Assembly (NCBI GenBank): GCA_016789705.1
Contig: JAEUQR010000136.1
Span: 1,711 to 65,710 of the forward strand
From: Acidobacteriota bacterium
GTDB lineage: Bacteria; Acidobacteriota; Vicinamibacteria; Vicinamibacterales; UBA2999
Length of the DNA stretch: 64,000 nucleotides
Direction of reading: 5' to 3'
Below, in pieces: positions 38,413 through 49,706 of the stretch (position 1 is the first letter of the stretch; the number at the start of each line of letters is the position of its first letter). The notes under the pieces were generated by a model that saw only the letters and a list, made by a program, of their open reading frames with translations, searched no databases and was not told where the DNA came from. Both the position numbers and the translations under genes were made by a program.

Positions 38413-40050
38413 ATGCGTCGTGGCTGGATGCTCCTCGTGCTCCTCGGCCTTGCCTGGCCAGCTGTCGCGGCGATGCAGGGGCCGGGCGTGCTGCGCGTCT
38501 CGGTCGTGCTCACCGGCGAGGGCAACGTGGCCACGCCGGTCCGCCGCCACCTGCTGCTCATCAGCGACAACCCGTCGAGTGCGCCGCCGCGGCGTGTCTT
38601 CACCGGGGCCGACGGCACCGTGGACGTGCGGCTCAGTCCCGGCAACTACACGGTGGAGTCGGACCAGCCGGTGGTGTTCGAAGGCCGGACGTTCCAGTGG
38701 ATCCAGACGGTGGACCTCGTGGCCGGACGCGAGACGTCGCTCGCGCTCACCGCGGCCAACGCCGATACGGTCACGCCGCCGCCCTCCGCGCCGGCGCCCT
38801 CGAACGCCGAGCCCGGCGAGGACCGCGCGTCGATCGCCGCGCGCTGGCAGGAGAGCGTCGTGGCCATCTGGTCGCCGCGGTCGCATGCCTCCGGCGTCGT
38901 GGTCGATGGCGCCGGCCTCGTCGTGACGAATCACCAGGGGGTGGGGGCGGACACGGCCGTCGAGGTGCAGTTCTCTCCCACGCGCAAGGTGCGCGGGCTC
39001 GTCGTGGCCACCGACGCCGAGCGCGATCTCGCCGTGGTGCGGATCGATCCGGCGGTCGCCGCCGCCGTGCCCGTGGTGCCGCTCGGCTGCGGGCAGCCGA
39101 CGGCCGCGCCGAATGTTGGTGACGAGATCATCGGCCTCGAGGCGCCGCTGCGCCAGCCGAAAGGGGCCATCTCGGGCGCGGTGACACGCGTGGCCACCCG
39201 CATCATCGAGTCGGACCTGCTGCCCGGCACGGGTGGCTCCGGCGGGCCCGTGTTCTCGGCGCGCGGCGAGTTCCTCGGCATCCTGTCGGAAGGCGACGCG
39301 CGCATGCGGCGCAACGCCGCCGACGTGCGTGTCGTGCGCGCCGCCGGGGTGTGCGAGGTGGTGGCGCGCGCGCAGGGCGCGCTGGCGACGACGGCCGTGC
39401 CGCCGGCAACACTCCTGCCCGTCGAGCCGGCGAAGGCGTATCCGACGGCCGCGCTCGGGGATGGCGCCACGCTGCTCGCGCGGCGTCCACCCGTGCAGGC
39501 CACATCCTCAGGCTTCGACGTCACGTTCCTCACGCCCGTGCACGTCCACGGCGGCCGCGAACAGCGTCTCGCCACCTCGGGCCGTTCGATGCCGGCCGGC
39601 GCCGCGTTCCTCAGGGCACGGCTCGCGACCGAGTTTGCCAACTGGGACGACTACGTGGCCGAGGTGCCGCCGGTGCTCTTCATCCGCGTCACGCCGAAGA
39701 TGGTGGAGAGCGTGTGGATGAAGATCGCGCGCGGCGCCGCCTACACCCAGGGGATGGCGCTGCCGGCCATCAAACGTCCGTCGTCCGGGTTCTCGTCGAT
39801 GACCGTGTGGTGCGGCGACCGCGAGGTCACGCCGATCCACCCGTTCGTGCTCGGCATCGAGGTGTCGGACACCGACACGGTGAGCGAGGGCCTCTACGCG
39901 TTCGCGCCCGACGCGATCTCGCCGGCCTGCGGCGCGGTGCGCCTCGACCTGCGCTCGCAGAAGGAGCCGGCGAAGGCCGACGTCGTCACCGTGGATCCGA
40001 AGGTGCTCGAGCAGATCTGGGCCGACTTCGCCGTCTACCGCGCGCCGTAG
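38413..40050 (+). CDS. Secreted trypsin-like serine protease with N-terminal CarboxypepD_reg-like domain and an unknown C-terminal domain
   Basis: 545 aa with signal peptide MRRGWMLLVLLGLAWPAVAA. GVLRVSVV...DGTVDVRLSPGNYTVES resembles a carboxypeptidase-regulatory fold. The catalytic triad context is VVTNHQGV, DLAVVRID and GTGGSGGPVF. The last ~250 aa are unassigned. Confidence 0.75.
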   Translation: MRRGWMLLVLLGLAWPAVAAMQGPGVLRVSVVLTGEGNVATPVRRHLLLISDNPSSAPPRRVFTGADGTVDVRLSPGNYTVESDQPVVFEGRTFQWIQTVDLVAGRETSLALTAANADTVTPPPSAPAPSNAEPGEDRASIAARWQESVVAIWSPRSHASGVVVDGAGLVVTNHQGVGADTAVEVQFSPTRKVRGLVVATDAERDLAVVRIDPAVAAAVPVVPLGCGQPTAAPNVGDEIIGLEAPLRQPKGAISGAVTRVATRIIESDLLPGTGGSGGPVFSARGEFLGILSEGDARMRRNAADVRVVRAAGVCEVVARAQGALATTAVPPATLLPVEPAKAYPTAALGDGATLLARRPPVQATSSGFDVTFLTPVHVHGGREQRLATSGRSMPAGAAFLRARLATEFANWDDYVAEVPPVLFIRVTPKMVESVWMKIARGAAYTQGMALPAIKRPSSGFSSMTVWCGDREVTPIHPFVLGIEVSDTDTVSEGLYAFAPDAISPACGAVRLDLRSQKEPAKADVVTVDPKVLEQIWADFAVYRAP

Positions 40051-40058
40051 CCACTCCC

Positions 40059-41422
<1,364 letters not shown>

Positions 41423-41428
41423 GCGTCC

Positions 41429-41434
41429 ACTATA
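41429..41434 (-). promoter_or_regulatory. -10 hexamer TATAGT, 6 nt upstream of the glutaredoxin-like GTG start (leaderless-type)
   Basis: The minus strand reads GCTATAGTGGACGCGTGCCGCCG. The hexamer is the complement of 41429-41434, the start codon is the complement of 41420-41422, and there is no SD. Confidence 0.35.
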
Positions 41435-41472
41435 GCGGCTTCGCTGCCGGAGGCCGCGGCCGCGCCATCGTG

Positions 41473-41478
41473 TATCGT
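41473..41478 (+). promoter_or_regulatory. -10 hexamer TATCGT, 9 nt upstream of the yheU ATG (leaderless-type)
   Basis: tgTATCGTggcagagtcATG, with ATG at 41488 and no SD. It sits in a 65-nt divergent spacer shared with the glutaredoxin-like gene. Confidence 0.35.
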
Positions 41479-41487
41479 GGCAGAGTC

Positions 41488-41787
41488 ATGCCACACGACG
41501 ACGAACACGAACTCGTGGTCGAACTCGACGCCGCGCCTGAGACGGAGGAGGCGCCACCCATCCGTGTGGCGCCCGGCGACCTCGCGCCCGACACGCTGCG
41601 CGCCGTCGTCGAGTCGTTCGTCCTGCGCGAAGGCACCGACTACGGTCTGCAGGAAACGCCGCTCGAGACCAAGGTGGCGCAGGTGATGGCGCAGCTCGAG
41701 CGCGGCGACGCGCACATCCTCTTCGAGCCGTCGAGCGAGACGGTGACGATCGTGGTGACCCGCGCCATCCGCGGGCTCGACCTGTAG
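41488..41787 (+). CDS. yheU: YheU-family protein (UPF0270)
   Basis: 99 aa. LAPDTLRAVVESFVLREGTDYG...LETKVAQVMAQLERGDAHILF closely matches the E. coli YheU core (LENLIESFVLREGTDYG). Confidence 0.85.
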   Translation: MPHDDEHELVVELDAAPETEEAPPIRVAPGDLAPDTLRAVVESFVLREGTDYGLQETPLETKVAQVMAQLERGDAHILFEPSSETVTIVVTRAIRGLDL

Positions 41788-41836
41788 CGGACCCCTCCGG
41801 CAGAACTGCCGGGCCGCGGCGGACGTCCAATACGAT

Positions 41837-43843
41837 GTGTTCCGGTTGCTCCGCACGGACCTGGGCCGTGCCCGGCTCCTGCTCTATGCGTTCGTCCTGA
41901 CCGCCGCCATCGGCGTGGGCTGGGTGGGCAAGCAGGCCTGGGCCGTGCGCGGGCTCACGCGCGGCGTCGGCGACACCTGGTTCCACGACGGCGCCGGCCG
42001 GCGCTGGTTCCGCCTCGACGAGCAGCGGCACGACGTGCCGATTGCCGCCATCTCGCCGCACCTCCAGCACGCATTCGTTGCCGTGGAGGACCACCGCTTC
42101 TTCCGGCATCCCGGTGTCGACCCGGTGGCCGTTGCCCGCGCCATCGTCCGCAACGTGCGCGCCCCGGGCACGGTCGAAGGCGGCAGCACCATCACGCAGC
42201 AGCTCGCCCGCACGCTCTTCCTCTCGAACCGCCGCAGCTACCTGCGGAAGGGACGCGAAGCGGTGCTGTCGCTGCTCATCGAAGCGCAGCTCTCGAAGGA
42301 GCAGATCCTCGAGCTATATCTCAACCGCATCTACCTGAGCGCCGGTGTCTACGGCGTGGAGGCGATGTCGCAGCGGGTATTCGGCAAGCCCGCGCGGGCG
42401 CTCTCGATTGCGGAAAGCGCGCTCATCGCCGGGCTGGCGCGCGCGCCGGCCACGCTCTCGCCGTGGTCGAATCTCGACGGCGCCGTGGCGCGCAGCCATG
42501 TGGTGCTGGCGCGGATGCGCGATGCCGGTTTCATCACCGACGCCGAGCGCCAGGCGGCGCGTGCGGTGCGCCATCGCGTGCGTCCGTACCGCAGCGACAG
42601 CGGCGGCACCCACGGCTACGCCAAGGCGTACTTGCGGCAGCGCTTCCGTGACGAGTTCGGCGGCGACCATCCGCCCGACTGGCGCGTCGACACCACCTTC
42701 AACGTGGGGCTCCAGGATGCCGCGGAGGCGTCGGTCGAAAACGGGCTCGCACGTCTGGGCACGCCCGGGCTGCAGGCGGCGCTCGTGGCGATGGACCCGG
42801 TCACCGGCAACGTGCTCGCCCTCGTCGGCGGCCGCGACTACCAGCGCTTCGCCTTCAACCGCGCCACGCGCAGCCGCCGGCAGCCGGGCTCCGCCTTCAA
42901 GCCGTTCGTCTTCGCCGCTGCGCTCGAACGCGGTCTGTCGCCCGTCTCGATCCTCGCCGGCCTCGACCGGATCGCGCCGCAGGGGCCTGACGAGTGGACG
43001 CCGCGCAACGTGCGCGACGACGCGCCGGCCGCCCTCACGCTGCGGGCCGCGCTGGCCGAGTCCGACAATCGTGCCGCCGCGCAGCTCCAGCAGCAGGTGG
43101 GCACCGGCCGTGTGCTGCGCATCGCCGAACGTGCCGGGCTCGACGGCCTGCCCGACGTGCCGTCGCTCGCGCTCGGCACCGGCCTCGTGACGCCGCTCGC
43201 GCTCACGACCGCGTTTGCCGTCTTCCCGAATGGCGGCTACGCCGTGGAGCCGCGCGACATCACCCGTGTCGTGGACGCTGATGGCGCCACCGCCGAGACA
43301 CGCCCCGTCGTGCGTACGCAGGTGCTCTCACCGGAAGTCGCCTTCCAGATGGTGTCGATGCTCGAGGACGTGATTGGCCGCGGCACCGGGGCTTCGGCGC
43401 GGCGGCTCGGCGTGCGCGGTGCCGTCGGCGGCAAGACCGGCACGACCGACGACTTCAAGGACGCCTGGTTCGTGGGGTTCTCGTCGTCGCTCGTCGTCGG
43501 CGTCTGGGTGGGCTTCGACGAGCCGAAGACGATGGGCCGCAACGCCTACGGCTCACGGCAGGCCCTGCCGATCTGGGCCGACTTCATGCGCCGCGCGTCG
43601 CGCGTGCGGCCGGCACGCGACTTCGCCCGTCCCGCCGGGCTGCACGACGAGGTGTTCTGTGCCATCAGTTACCGCAGACCCGTGGACGGGTGCCCGCTCT
43701 ACACCGAGTACTTCAAGGACGGTGACGACGTGCCCGGCGAGCTCTGCACGCTGCACGAGGGCTCGATCCGGCAACGGCTCGCCCGCACCGTGCAGGGCTG
43801 GTGGGCGGAAGCCGGACGGCGCGTGCGCGGCATCTTCCGCTGA
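41837..43843 (+). CDS. mrcA: Bifunctional class A penicillin-binding protein (PBP1A-type glycosyltransferase/transpeptidase)
   Basis: 668 aa with an N-terminal TM. GT51 motifs AFVAVEDHRFFRHPGVD and GGSTITQQLAR. Transpeptidase motifs SAFKPF (SxxK), SDN and KTGTT. Confidence 0.92.
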   Translation: MFRLLRTDLGRARLLLYAFVLTAAIGVGWVGKQAWAVRGLTRGVGDTWFHDGAGRRWFRLDEQRHDVPIAAISPHLQHAFVAVEDHRFFRHPGVDPVAVARAIVRNVRAPGTVEGGSTITQQLARTLFLSNRRSYLRKGREAVLSLLIEAQLSKEQILELYLNRIYLSAGVYGVEAMSQRVFGKPARALSIAESALIAGLARAPATLSPWSNLDGAVARSHVVLARMRDAGFITDAERQAARAVRHRVRPYRSDSGGTHGYAKAYLRQRFRDEFGGDHPPDWRVDTTFNVGLQDAAEASVENGLARLGTPGLQAALVAMDPVTGNVLALVGGRDYQRFAFNRATRSRRQPGSAFKPFVFAAALERGLSPVSILAGLDRIAPQGPDEWTPRNVRDDAPAALTLRAALAESDNRAAAQLQQQVGTGRVLRIAERAGLDGLPDVPSLALGTGLVTPLALTTAFAVFPNGGYAVEPRDITRVVDADGATAETRPVVRTQVLSPEVAFQMVSMLEDVIGRGTGASARRLGVRGAVGGKTGTTDDFKDAWFVGFSSSLVVGVWVGFDEPKTMGRNAYGSRQALPIWADFMRRASRVRPARDFARPAGLHDEVFCAISYRRPVDGCPLYTEYFKDGDDVPGELCTLHEGSIRQRLARTVQGWWAEAGRRVRGIFR

Positions 43844-43852
43844 CGCCCGGCG

Positions 43853-45622
43853 TCACGGAAACGCCGGCGGCGGCACCCGCTTCTTCGTGGCCTGCTCGAA
43901 CGCGTAGGCGATGCCCACGAGCTTCGGGTCGGCGCAATGGGCGCCCACGAACGTGACGCCGAACGGACGCACCGCGTCGGTCGATCCCTTGGCGCCGTCG
44001 GCGTAGTTCACGACCGTCCCGTAGGGCACGGCGATGATCGGGTAGCCGGCCTTCGTCGCGTAGTTGGCGCCGGCTGACCCGGGGAAGAGCAGGGCATCGA
44101 GCTTGTGGGCGGTGAGCGCCGCGTCAAGGCCCTGGTCGCGGGTGAGGCGCAGGTCGTTCTGCCGGTCCGCTTCGTAGCGTGCCTTGTCGCGCGCCAGATC
44201 GGCCGCGTCGGCGAAGTCGAGCCGGCCCTGGCCGTAGCGCATGGCGCCGCGGTCGCGGTTGGCGGCGTTCCACGCGCGCAGCTCGGTCAGGGTCGTCACC
44301 GGCGCGGTCGGGTCGAGCGAGTCGAGCCACAGATTGAAGTCGCGCTTCATCGTGTACTGCAGCACGTGGGAGCAGAGTTCTTCGGAGTCCGGGCCGGAGG
44401 TCGGCGCCTCGCAGATCGGATGCGACGTGAGGTTGTCGGCCCGCGAGGTGGCCGTCATGCTCGGCAGGTCCGCCGGGTCGACGATCTCGGCACCGGCGGC
44501 CTTGAGCGCCGCAATCGCCCCTTCCATGGCCGCCAGTTCATCGGCCTTGAGGCCGGGGAACGGCCGCGCTTTTCCGGGGAACTCGCGCGCCGTGTAGAGG
44601 CCGGCACGCGGAACGCCGATGCGCGCGCCCTTGAGGGCCTCGGCCTTCAGGAACACCGTGTAGTCGTTGTTCGGCGGCGCCGTGCACTCGCTCGTGCGCG
44701 GGTCGTTCGGGTCGGGCGCCCCCTCCATCACGCCGAGCATGATGGCGGCATCCGCCACGGTCTTCGTCATCGGGCCCGCCGTGTCCTGATCGAGCGACAG
44801 CGGGATGATGCCGTAGCGGCTGATGCGCCCGGTGGAGGGACGGATCCCCACGAGCATCGTGAAGTTCGACGGCCCTTCGATCGAGCCGCCCGTGCTCGTG
44901 CCGACGTTGCCGGCCCAGAGGTTCGCGGCCACGCCGCCGCCGGAGCTCGATCCGCTCGTCTCGAGCACCGGCGTGCCGTCGTCGTTGGCGCGCGGATCGT
45001 ACGGGTTGTAGCTCTGGCCCACGGCGCCGTTGTAGCCGCCGGGGCGGAACGCCGTGCCGAACCAGCCGGCCAGTTCGCTCATCGTGGACTTGGCGAGGAT
45101 GATGGCGCCGGCCTTCTTGAGGTTGGTCGCGAGGGTGGCCTCGTACGGCGCCTGGTAGTGGCGGAAGAGCAGCATGCCGCCGGTCGTGGGCATGGCGTCG
45201 TTCGTCAGGATGTTGTCCTTGAGCGCCACCGGAATGCCGTGCAGCGGTCCGCGCAGCGTGCCGGCCGCGCGTTCCCGATCGAGTACGTCTGCTTCGGCCA
45301 GCGCCTGCGGATTGATCGAGACGGCCGCGTTCAGCCGGTCTTCATAGAGGCCGATGCGCGTCAGGTACTGGGTGACGATGGCGCGCGAGGTCGTGCGCCC
45401 CTCGCGCAGTGCCGCCTGCATGTCGGGAATCGAGGCCTCGACCACGCTGAAGGGCGCGGTGGCCGGCGCGGGCGTGGTGGGCGCCGGCGCGCTGCAGGAC
45501 GCGGCGGCAAGGGCCGCGCCGAGAGCGAGGGTGAACGGGGCAGACAGGCGAATCGCGCGCACGGGGACCTCCGGGGACGGGTGCATCATACTGGCGGCGC
45601 CGTTCGCGCCGTCTTGATTCAT
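43853..45622 (-). CDS. Exported amidase (amidase-signature family)
   Basis: 589 aa. Signal or lipoprotein-like N-terminus (LALGAALAAASC). LKDNILT (catalytic Lys context) and the Ser/Gly-rich signature ETSGSSSGGGVAA...GTSTGGSIEGPS are present. The exact start is uncertain. Confidence 0.85.
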   Translation of the reverse strand: MNQDGANGAASMMHPSPEVPVRAIRLSAPFTLALGAALAAASCSAPAPTTPAPATAPFSVVEASIPDMQAALREGRTTSRAIVTQYLTRIGLYEDRLNAAVSINPQALAEADVLDRERAAGTLRGPLHGIPVALKDNILTNDAMPTTGGMLLFRHYQAPYEATLATNLKKAGAIILAKSTMSELAGWFGTAFRPGGYNGAVGQSYNPYDPRANDDGTPVLETSGSSSGGGVAANLWAGNVGTSTGGSIEGPSNFTMLVGIRPSTGRISRYGIIPLSLDQDTAGPMTKTVADAAIMLGVMEGAPDPNDPRTSECTAPPNNDYTVFLKAEALKGARIGVPRAGLYTAREFPGKARPFPGLKADELAAMEGAIAALKAAGAEIVDPADLPSMTATSRADNLTSHPICEAPTSGPDSEELCSHVLQYTMKRDFNLWLDSLDPTAPVTTLTELRAWNAANRDRGAMRYGQGRLDFADAADLARDKARYEADRQNDLRLTRDQGLDAALTAHKLDALLFPGSAGANYATKAGYPIIAVPYGTVVNYADGAKGSTDAVRPFGVTFVGAHCADPKLVGIAYAFEQATKKRVPPPAFP

Positions 45623-45642
45623 GGCGCCGGGCGCCCCACAAT
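45614..45642 (+). promoter_or_regulatory. Candidate promoter TTGATT-17 nt-CACAAT, 12 nt upstream of the serine-hydrolase ATG
   Basis: TTGATT at 45614-45619, CACAAT at 45637-45642, ATG at 45655, and no SD. It overlaps the divergent amidase start region. Confidence 0.3.
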
Positions 45643-45654
45643 GCCCGCACCCGC

Positions 45655-46812
45655 ATGACCCGCAGACTCCTCACCCTGCTCGCCCTCGTCGCCAGCACCG
45701 CCGCCCTGCACGCCCGCCAGCCCGACGGTGCCTGGCCGCTCATCGCCGCGCGTTTCGCACAACGGGTGCAGGAGACGGGCATCGTCGGTGCGAGCCTCGT
45801 CTTCGTGAAGGACGGCGCCGTGCGGCACCAGGCGGTGGCCGGCCTGCAGGACCGCGCGGCGGGGCGTCCCGTGGACCGCGACACGATCTTCCACTGGGCC
45901 TCGATTACGAAGACCTTCACCGGTGTCGCGATCCTGCAGTTACGCGATCGCGGCCTGCTGTCGCTCGACGATCCGGTCGTGAAGTACGTGCCCGAACTGC
46001 GCGAAGTCCACAATCCGTTCGGCGACATCGCGCAGGTGAAGGTCCGGCATCTGATGTCGCACAGCGGCGGCTTCCGCGCCGGCACGTGGCCGTGGGGCGG
46101 CGACCAGGCGTGGCACCCGTTCGAGCCGACGCGCTGGGCGCAGCTCGCCGCGATGATGCCCTACACGAACCTCGCGTTCGCGCCCGGCACCCAGTACAGC
46201 TACTCGAATCCGGGGGTCGTCTTCCTCGGCCGCATCATCGAGGCGCTCGCCGGCGAGGACTACGAGGTCTACATCACGAAGAACATCCTGATGCCGCTCG
46301 GCATGACGCGCACCTTCTTCGATCGCGCGCCGGCGTTCCTGCGCGACCATCGCTCGCACAGCTACGGCGGACGGAAGGACGACATCCGCGAGCGGCCGTT
46401 CGACTTCGACTCCGGTATCACCGTGTCGAACGGCGGCCTGAACGCGCCGCTGGCCGACATGGCGAAATACCTGGCGTTCCTCATCGACGGCAACGAGGCC
46501 GTGCTGAAACACGCCTCGCTGCTCGAGATGGCCACGCCGCAGGTGACGGCGAAAGACGGCGAGGGCGGCAGTGGCAGCGACGTCCGCGCCGGCCTGTCGT
46601 GTTTCATCGAGCGGCACGACGGCGTCGAGCTCGTCGGCCACAGCGGCGATCAGAACGGCTTCATCTCGCACCTCTACGTGCACCGTCCGTCGCGGTCGGG
46701 ATACGTGGTGTCGTTCAACACCGACGTCACCTCGACGACGCCGTCACCGCTGACGACCCGGGCCGTTGACGACGACGTTCGGACCGCGATCCTGCGGGCC
46801 TACTGGAAGTGA
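45655..46812 (+). CDS. Beta-lactamase-related serine hydrolase (class C/DD-peptidase fold)
   Basis: 385 aa with a signal peptide. SxxK motif in HWASITKTFTG and YSN in QYSYSNPG. Confidence 0.85.
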   Translation: MTRRLLTLLALVASTAALHARQPDGAWPLIAARFAQRVQETGIVGASLVFVKDGAVRHQAVAGLQDRAAGRPVDRDTIFHWASITKTFTGVAILQLRDRGLLSLDDPVVKYVPELREVHNPFGDIAQVKVRHLMSHSGGFRAGTWPWGGDQAWHPFEPTRWAQLAAMMPYTNLAFAPGTQYSYSNPGVVFLGRIIEALAGEDYEVYITKNILMPLGMTRTFFDRAPAFLRDHRSHSYGGRKDDIRERPFDFDSGITVSNGGLNAPLADMAKYLAFLIDGNEAVLKHASLLEMATPQVTAKDGEGGSGSDVRAGLSCFIERHDGVELVGHSGDQNGFISHLYVHRPSRSGYVVSFNTDVTSTTPSPLTTRAVDDDVRTAILRAYWK

Positions 46813-46870
46813 CGGACGGACTCGGAGCCCCGCGCCGTCACTGGTCATCAGCGCCAGGCCGTGCGGGCGG

Positions 46871-47884
46871 TCACTTGATGCCGACCACCATCGAGTCGGG
46901 TCCGACCAGGTGCTCGACCCGGGTGCTCGCGAAACCGGCCTCGGCCATCCAGCCGGCACAATCCGCGCCCGTGTAGTCGAAGCCGCCCGGCGTCTCGATG
47001 AGCATGTTGAGGCTCATCATCAGACCAAAGGCATTCTTCGAACGGTCGTCGTCGATGATCGCCTCGTAGACGATGAACGCGCCGCCAGGCGGCAGCGCGT
47101 CGTAGGCCTTGCGAATCAGCATCTTCTTGGTGGGCAGGTCCCAGTCGTGCTGGATGTGGCCCATCAGCACCACGTCGGCCTTCGGGAGATCGTGCGCGAA
47201 GAAGTCGCCGGGCTGGAACGTGAGGCGGTCGGCCACTCCGCTCGCGGCGACGTATTCCTCGAAGGCCGGCGCCACGGCCGGCAGGTCGAAGCCCACGCCG
47301 CGCAGGTGTGGGTGAGCCAGCGCGATCTGTGTCGCCAGATCACCCTGCGCCGTGCCGACGTCGACGAACGTGCGGCGGTCGGCCCATGGGAACACCCGCG
47401 CGATGGTCATGTTGGCACCGTGGCTGATGCCGGTCATCGACCGCAGGAATTCCTTCAGCCGCGCCGGATCGGCGTACAGAGCCTCGAACAGGTTCGGGTC
47501 ACCCGTGCGGATCTCGTTCTGCGGTAATCCGGTGCGCAGGGCGGTCGTCAAATGCCCCCAGAACGGATAGAGACGGTGGTTCGCCATCTCGAGAATACCG
47601 CCGACGTACGACGGCTTCTTGCGGTCGAGGAACAGATCGGTCTCGACCGTGTTGCGGTAGCGGTCACCGTCGCGCTGCAGGAAGCCCAGCGCCACGAGGG
47701 TGTCGAGGAAGTCGCGCGCCGAGCGCGGGTGCAGGCCCAGACGCCCGGCCAGAGTGGTCAGGGGCTCGGGGCCCTGGGCCAGTTCGGTGAAGACGCCAAT
47801 CTCGATGGCGCTCAGTAGCGTCTTCGAGGCCCAGAACGCCAGGCCGGTCTGCAGGATGTGTGCGGGGGTAGGCGGGTGGCTCAC
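46871..47884 (-). CDS. SAM-dependent O-methyltransferase (family 2, with N-terminal dimerisation/wHTH domain)
   Basis: I place the start at the GTG (comp. 47882-47884) preceded by [31 protein letters not shown] is the dimerisation domain. [30 protein letters not shown] is the SAM motif I region. Confidence 0.8.
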   Translation of the reverse strand: MSHPPTPAHILQTGLAFWASKTLLSAIEIGVFTELAQGPEPLTTLAGRLGLHPRSARDFLDTLVALGFLQRDGDRYRNTVETDLFLDRKKPSYVGGILEMANHRLYPFWGHLTTALRTGLPQNEIRTGDPNLFEALYADPARLKEFLRSMTGISHGANMTIARVFPWADRRTFVDVGTAQGDLATQIALAHPHLRGVGFDLPAVAPAFEEYVAASGVADRLTFQPGDFFAHDLPKADVVLMGHIQHDWDLPTKKMLIRKAYDALPPGGAFIVYEAIIDDDRSKNAFGLMMSLNMLIETPGGFDYTGADCAGWMAEAGFASTRVEHLVGPDSMVVGIK

Positions 47885-48029
47885 AGGTCGCTCCTCGGGT
47901 GGGCGCCCAGGCGCCCAAGCGCCGCCGCCGGTGCGGCACGCGGCTGCGAACGTATGCGAACTGCCGGGGCGGATCCCCTCACCGGGGCGCTGGGTGACGC
48001 CGGGCGGCGCCATCACGGGGAGCGAAGGT

Positions 48030-48105
48030 TGGTGGACCTGACCGGGATCGAACCGGTGACCTCCTGAATGCCATTCAGGCGCGCTCCCAACTGCGCTACA
48101 GGCCC
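48030..48105 (-). tRNA. tRNA-Ala (anticodon GGC), CCA encoded
   Basis: The reverse complement GGGCCTGTAGCGCAGTTGGGAGCGCGCCTGAATGGCATTCAGGAGGTCACCGGTTCGATCCCGGTCAGGTCCACCA folds as a cloverleaf. It has the G3:U70 alanine identity pair, anticodon loop aTGGCAt, and a T-loop GGTTCGATCC. Confidence 0.95.
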
Positions 48106-48208
48106 ATCTCGTGCGGGGAGACTTCGAATAATACCAGATTCCACCGGCCCCCAGCCATCAACCCGCCGCGCGGCGCCCGCCCGAGGGCGCCGGCGGCCGG
48201 CCGGACGC

Positions 48209-49285
48209 TCAGTACTCGCTGAAGATCCGCTGGATCTCGTCGCGATTGTTCGTCTTGCTGAGTGCCAGCATCAGCAGGATGCGCGCCTTGACCGGAATGT
48301 GATCTTCGGCCGAGATGCTGAAGGCGCGGCGGCGCTGCTGGGCCGGCGTGGGTGTGGCCGGCCCCTGGCCACGGTTCGGGGCGATACGTCCGGCGCCCGT
48401 GCGCGTCGCGGTCACGACGAAGACGCCCTTCTCGGTCGCGTAGTCGATGCCCTCGCCCTGCGTGCCGCTCGCGGCGCCGGCACCGGCGCCGGCAATCACG
48501 ATGCCCTTCGCGCCGAGGTCCACGAGCGCCTTGATGACATCGCCGGTGGCGCCCTGGTAGACCATCACGACGTCCACCCGCGGAAGACTCGTCAGGCGCG
48601 TCACGTCGAACTCGCTCCGGTGCGTGTGGCGCTGCAGGATCTCGCGGAACAGCACCACGCGGTCGCGATCGACGATGCCGAGCACGCCGTGGGTCGGGCT
48701 GCGGAAGGTCTGCAGGCGCAGGGCGTCGGTCTTGGTGACGTCGCGCGCCGAGTTGATCTCGTCGTTCAGCACCACGAGCACGCCCTTGCTGCGGGCCGAC
48801 GGCTCCGCGGCCACCCGCACGGCTTCGAGCAGGTTGGCGGCGCCCTCGTAGCCGAGCGTGCTGGGGTTGCGCATCGAGCCCACGACCACGACCGGCCGTG
48901 TGTCCTTCACCGTGAGGTGCAGGAAGAACGCCGTCTCTTCGAGGGTGTCGGTGCCACTCGTCACGACGATGCCGGCCAGCTCCTTGTCGTTCGCGAGGAG
49001 CTCGTTGACGCGGCGCGCGAGCTGCAGCCACTGCTCGAGCGTGATCTGGCTGCTCGCGACGTTCAGGAACTGCTCGTGGGTGAGCGTGGCGGCGCGCTCG
49101 AGGCCGGGCATCGACTTCGCCAGCTCTTCAGCCGTGAGGCGGCCGCCGTCGCGGTTCGAGATGGTGCCGCCGGTGGCGACCATGTGCACCCGCGGCAGGG
49201 CCTGGGCGAAGGCGGAGGACACGGTCGTGGCCGCGAGCAGCCACACACAGGCGAGGAGACGAAGACGCATGGCGCCTATTTTCAT
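48209..49285 (-). CDS. ansB: Periplasmic type II L-asparaginase
   Basis: 358 aa with a signal peptide (LLACVWLLAATTVSSAFAQ). The catalytic motifs MVATGGTISN and VVTSGTDTLEETAFFL are present. Confidence 0.9.
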   Translation of the reverse strand: MKIGAMRLRLLACVWLLAATTVSSAFAQALPRVHMVATGGTISNRDGGRLTAEELAKSMPGLERAATLTHEQFLNVASSQITLEQWLQLARRVNELLANDKELAGIVVTSGTDTLEETAFFLHLTVKDTRPVVVVGSMRNPSTLGYEGAANLLEAVRVAAEPSARSKGVLVVLNDEINSARDVTKTDALRLQTFRSPTHGVLGIVDRDRVVLFREILQRHTHRSEFDVTRLTSLPRVDVVMVYQGATGDVIKALVDLGAKGIVIAGAGAGAASGTQGEGIDYATEKGVFVVTATRTGAGRIAPNRGQGPATPTPAQQRRRAFSISAEDHIPVKARILLMLALSKTNNRDEIQRIFSEY

Positions 49286-49326
49286 CGATTTCCGGAACGA
49301 CTGCGGCGCCGGGCCGCCAGACCCCG

Positions 49327-49614
49327 CTATCGCGGCCGTGAGGCCGAGACGAGCGACAGCCAGTTGGTCAGCTCACGCGCCGCCAGCTCGGGTGTCCTGC
49401 CGTAGAACGGCATGACCGCCGTGGGCATGCCGGGACGGCGGGCGAGCCTGGCGCGCCACTGCTCCTGCGACACGGCATGCACTTCGATGTGATACGTGCG
49501 GCCGGCGATCTCTTCTTCGTAGCGGTGGATGTCCACGTGTGGGTGTCGGCTGGGGGAGGTGTCAGACAGGGAACGCAGGAGCGACGATTCTACGTCGCTC
49601 ATCGAACGAAACAA
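49327..49614 (-). CDS. Hypothetical small protein
   Basis: A 95-aa ORF co-directional with the asparaginase and 41 nt upstream of it. Its composition is not the Arg/Ala/Gly bias of shadow ORFs (HVDIHRYEEEIAGRTYHIEVHAVSQEQW). I recognise no family. Confidence 0.4.
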   Translation of the reverse strand: MFRSMSDVESSLLRSLSDTSPSRHPHVDIHRYEEEIAGRTYHIEVHAVSQEQWRARLARRPGMPTAVMPFYGRTPELAARELTNWLSLVSASRPR

Positions 49615-49706
49615 GCGAAGGTGGGTACGAAGGCCGACGGTTCACCGGGTTTGGGCGGCGACTTGGCTGGACTTCTCCGCGCGAAAAAACTTGGCGGCGT
49701 GTGATC

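Noticed and set aside
41831-41839. A TACGAT hexamer directly abutting the PBP1A GTG start, as another leaderless promoter
   Set aside because: There is zero spacing between the hexamer and the start codon, which is incompatible with a transcription start about 7 nt downstream. I did not count it among the leaderless candidates. The true start or promoter may differ.
47885-48208. tRNA-Ala as an integration hotspot or genomic-island boundary
   Set aside because: There is no integrase, no direct repeat of the tRNA 3' end nearby, and no compositional shift. The flanking genes (O-methyltransferase and asparaginase) look like ordinary chromosomal genes.
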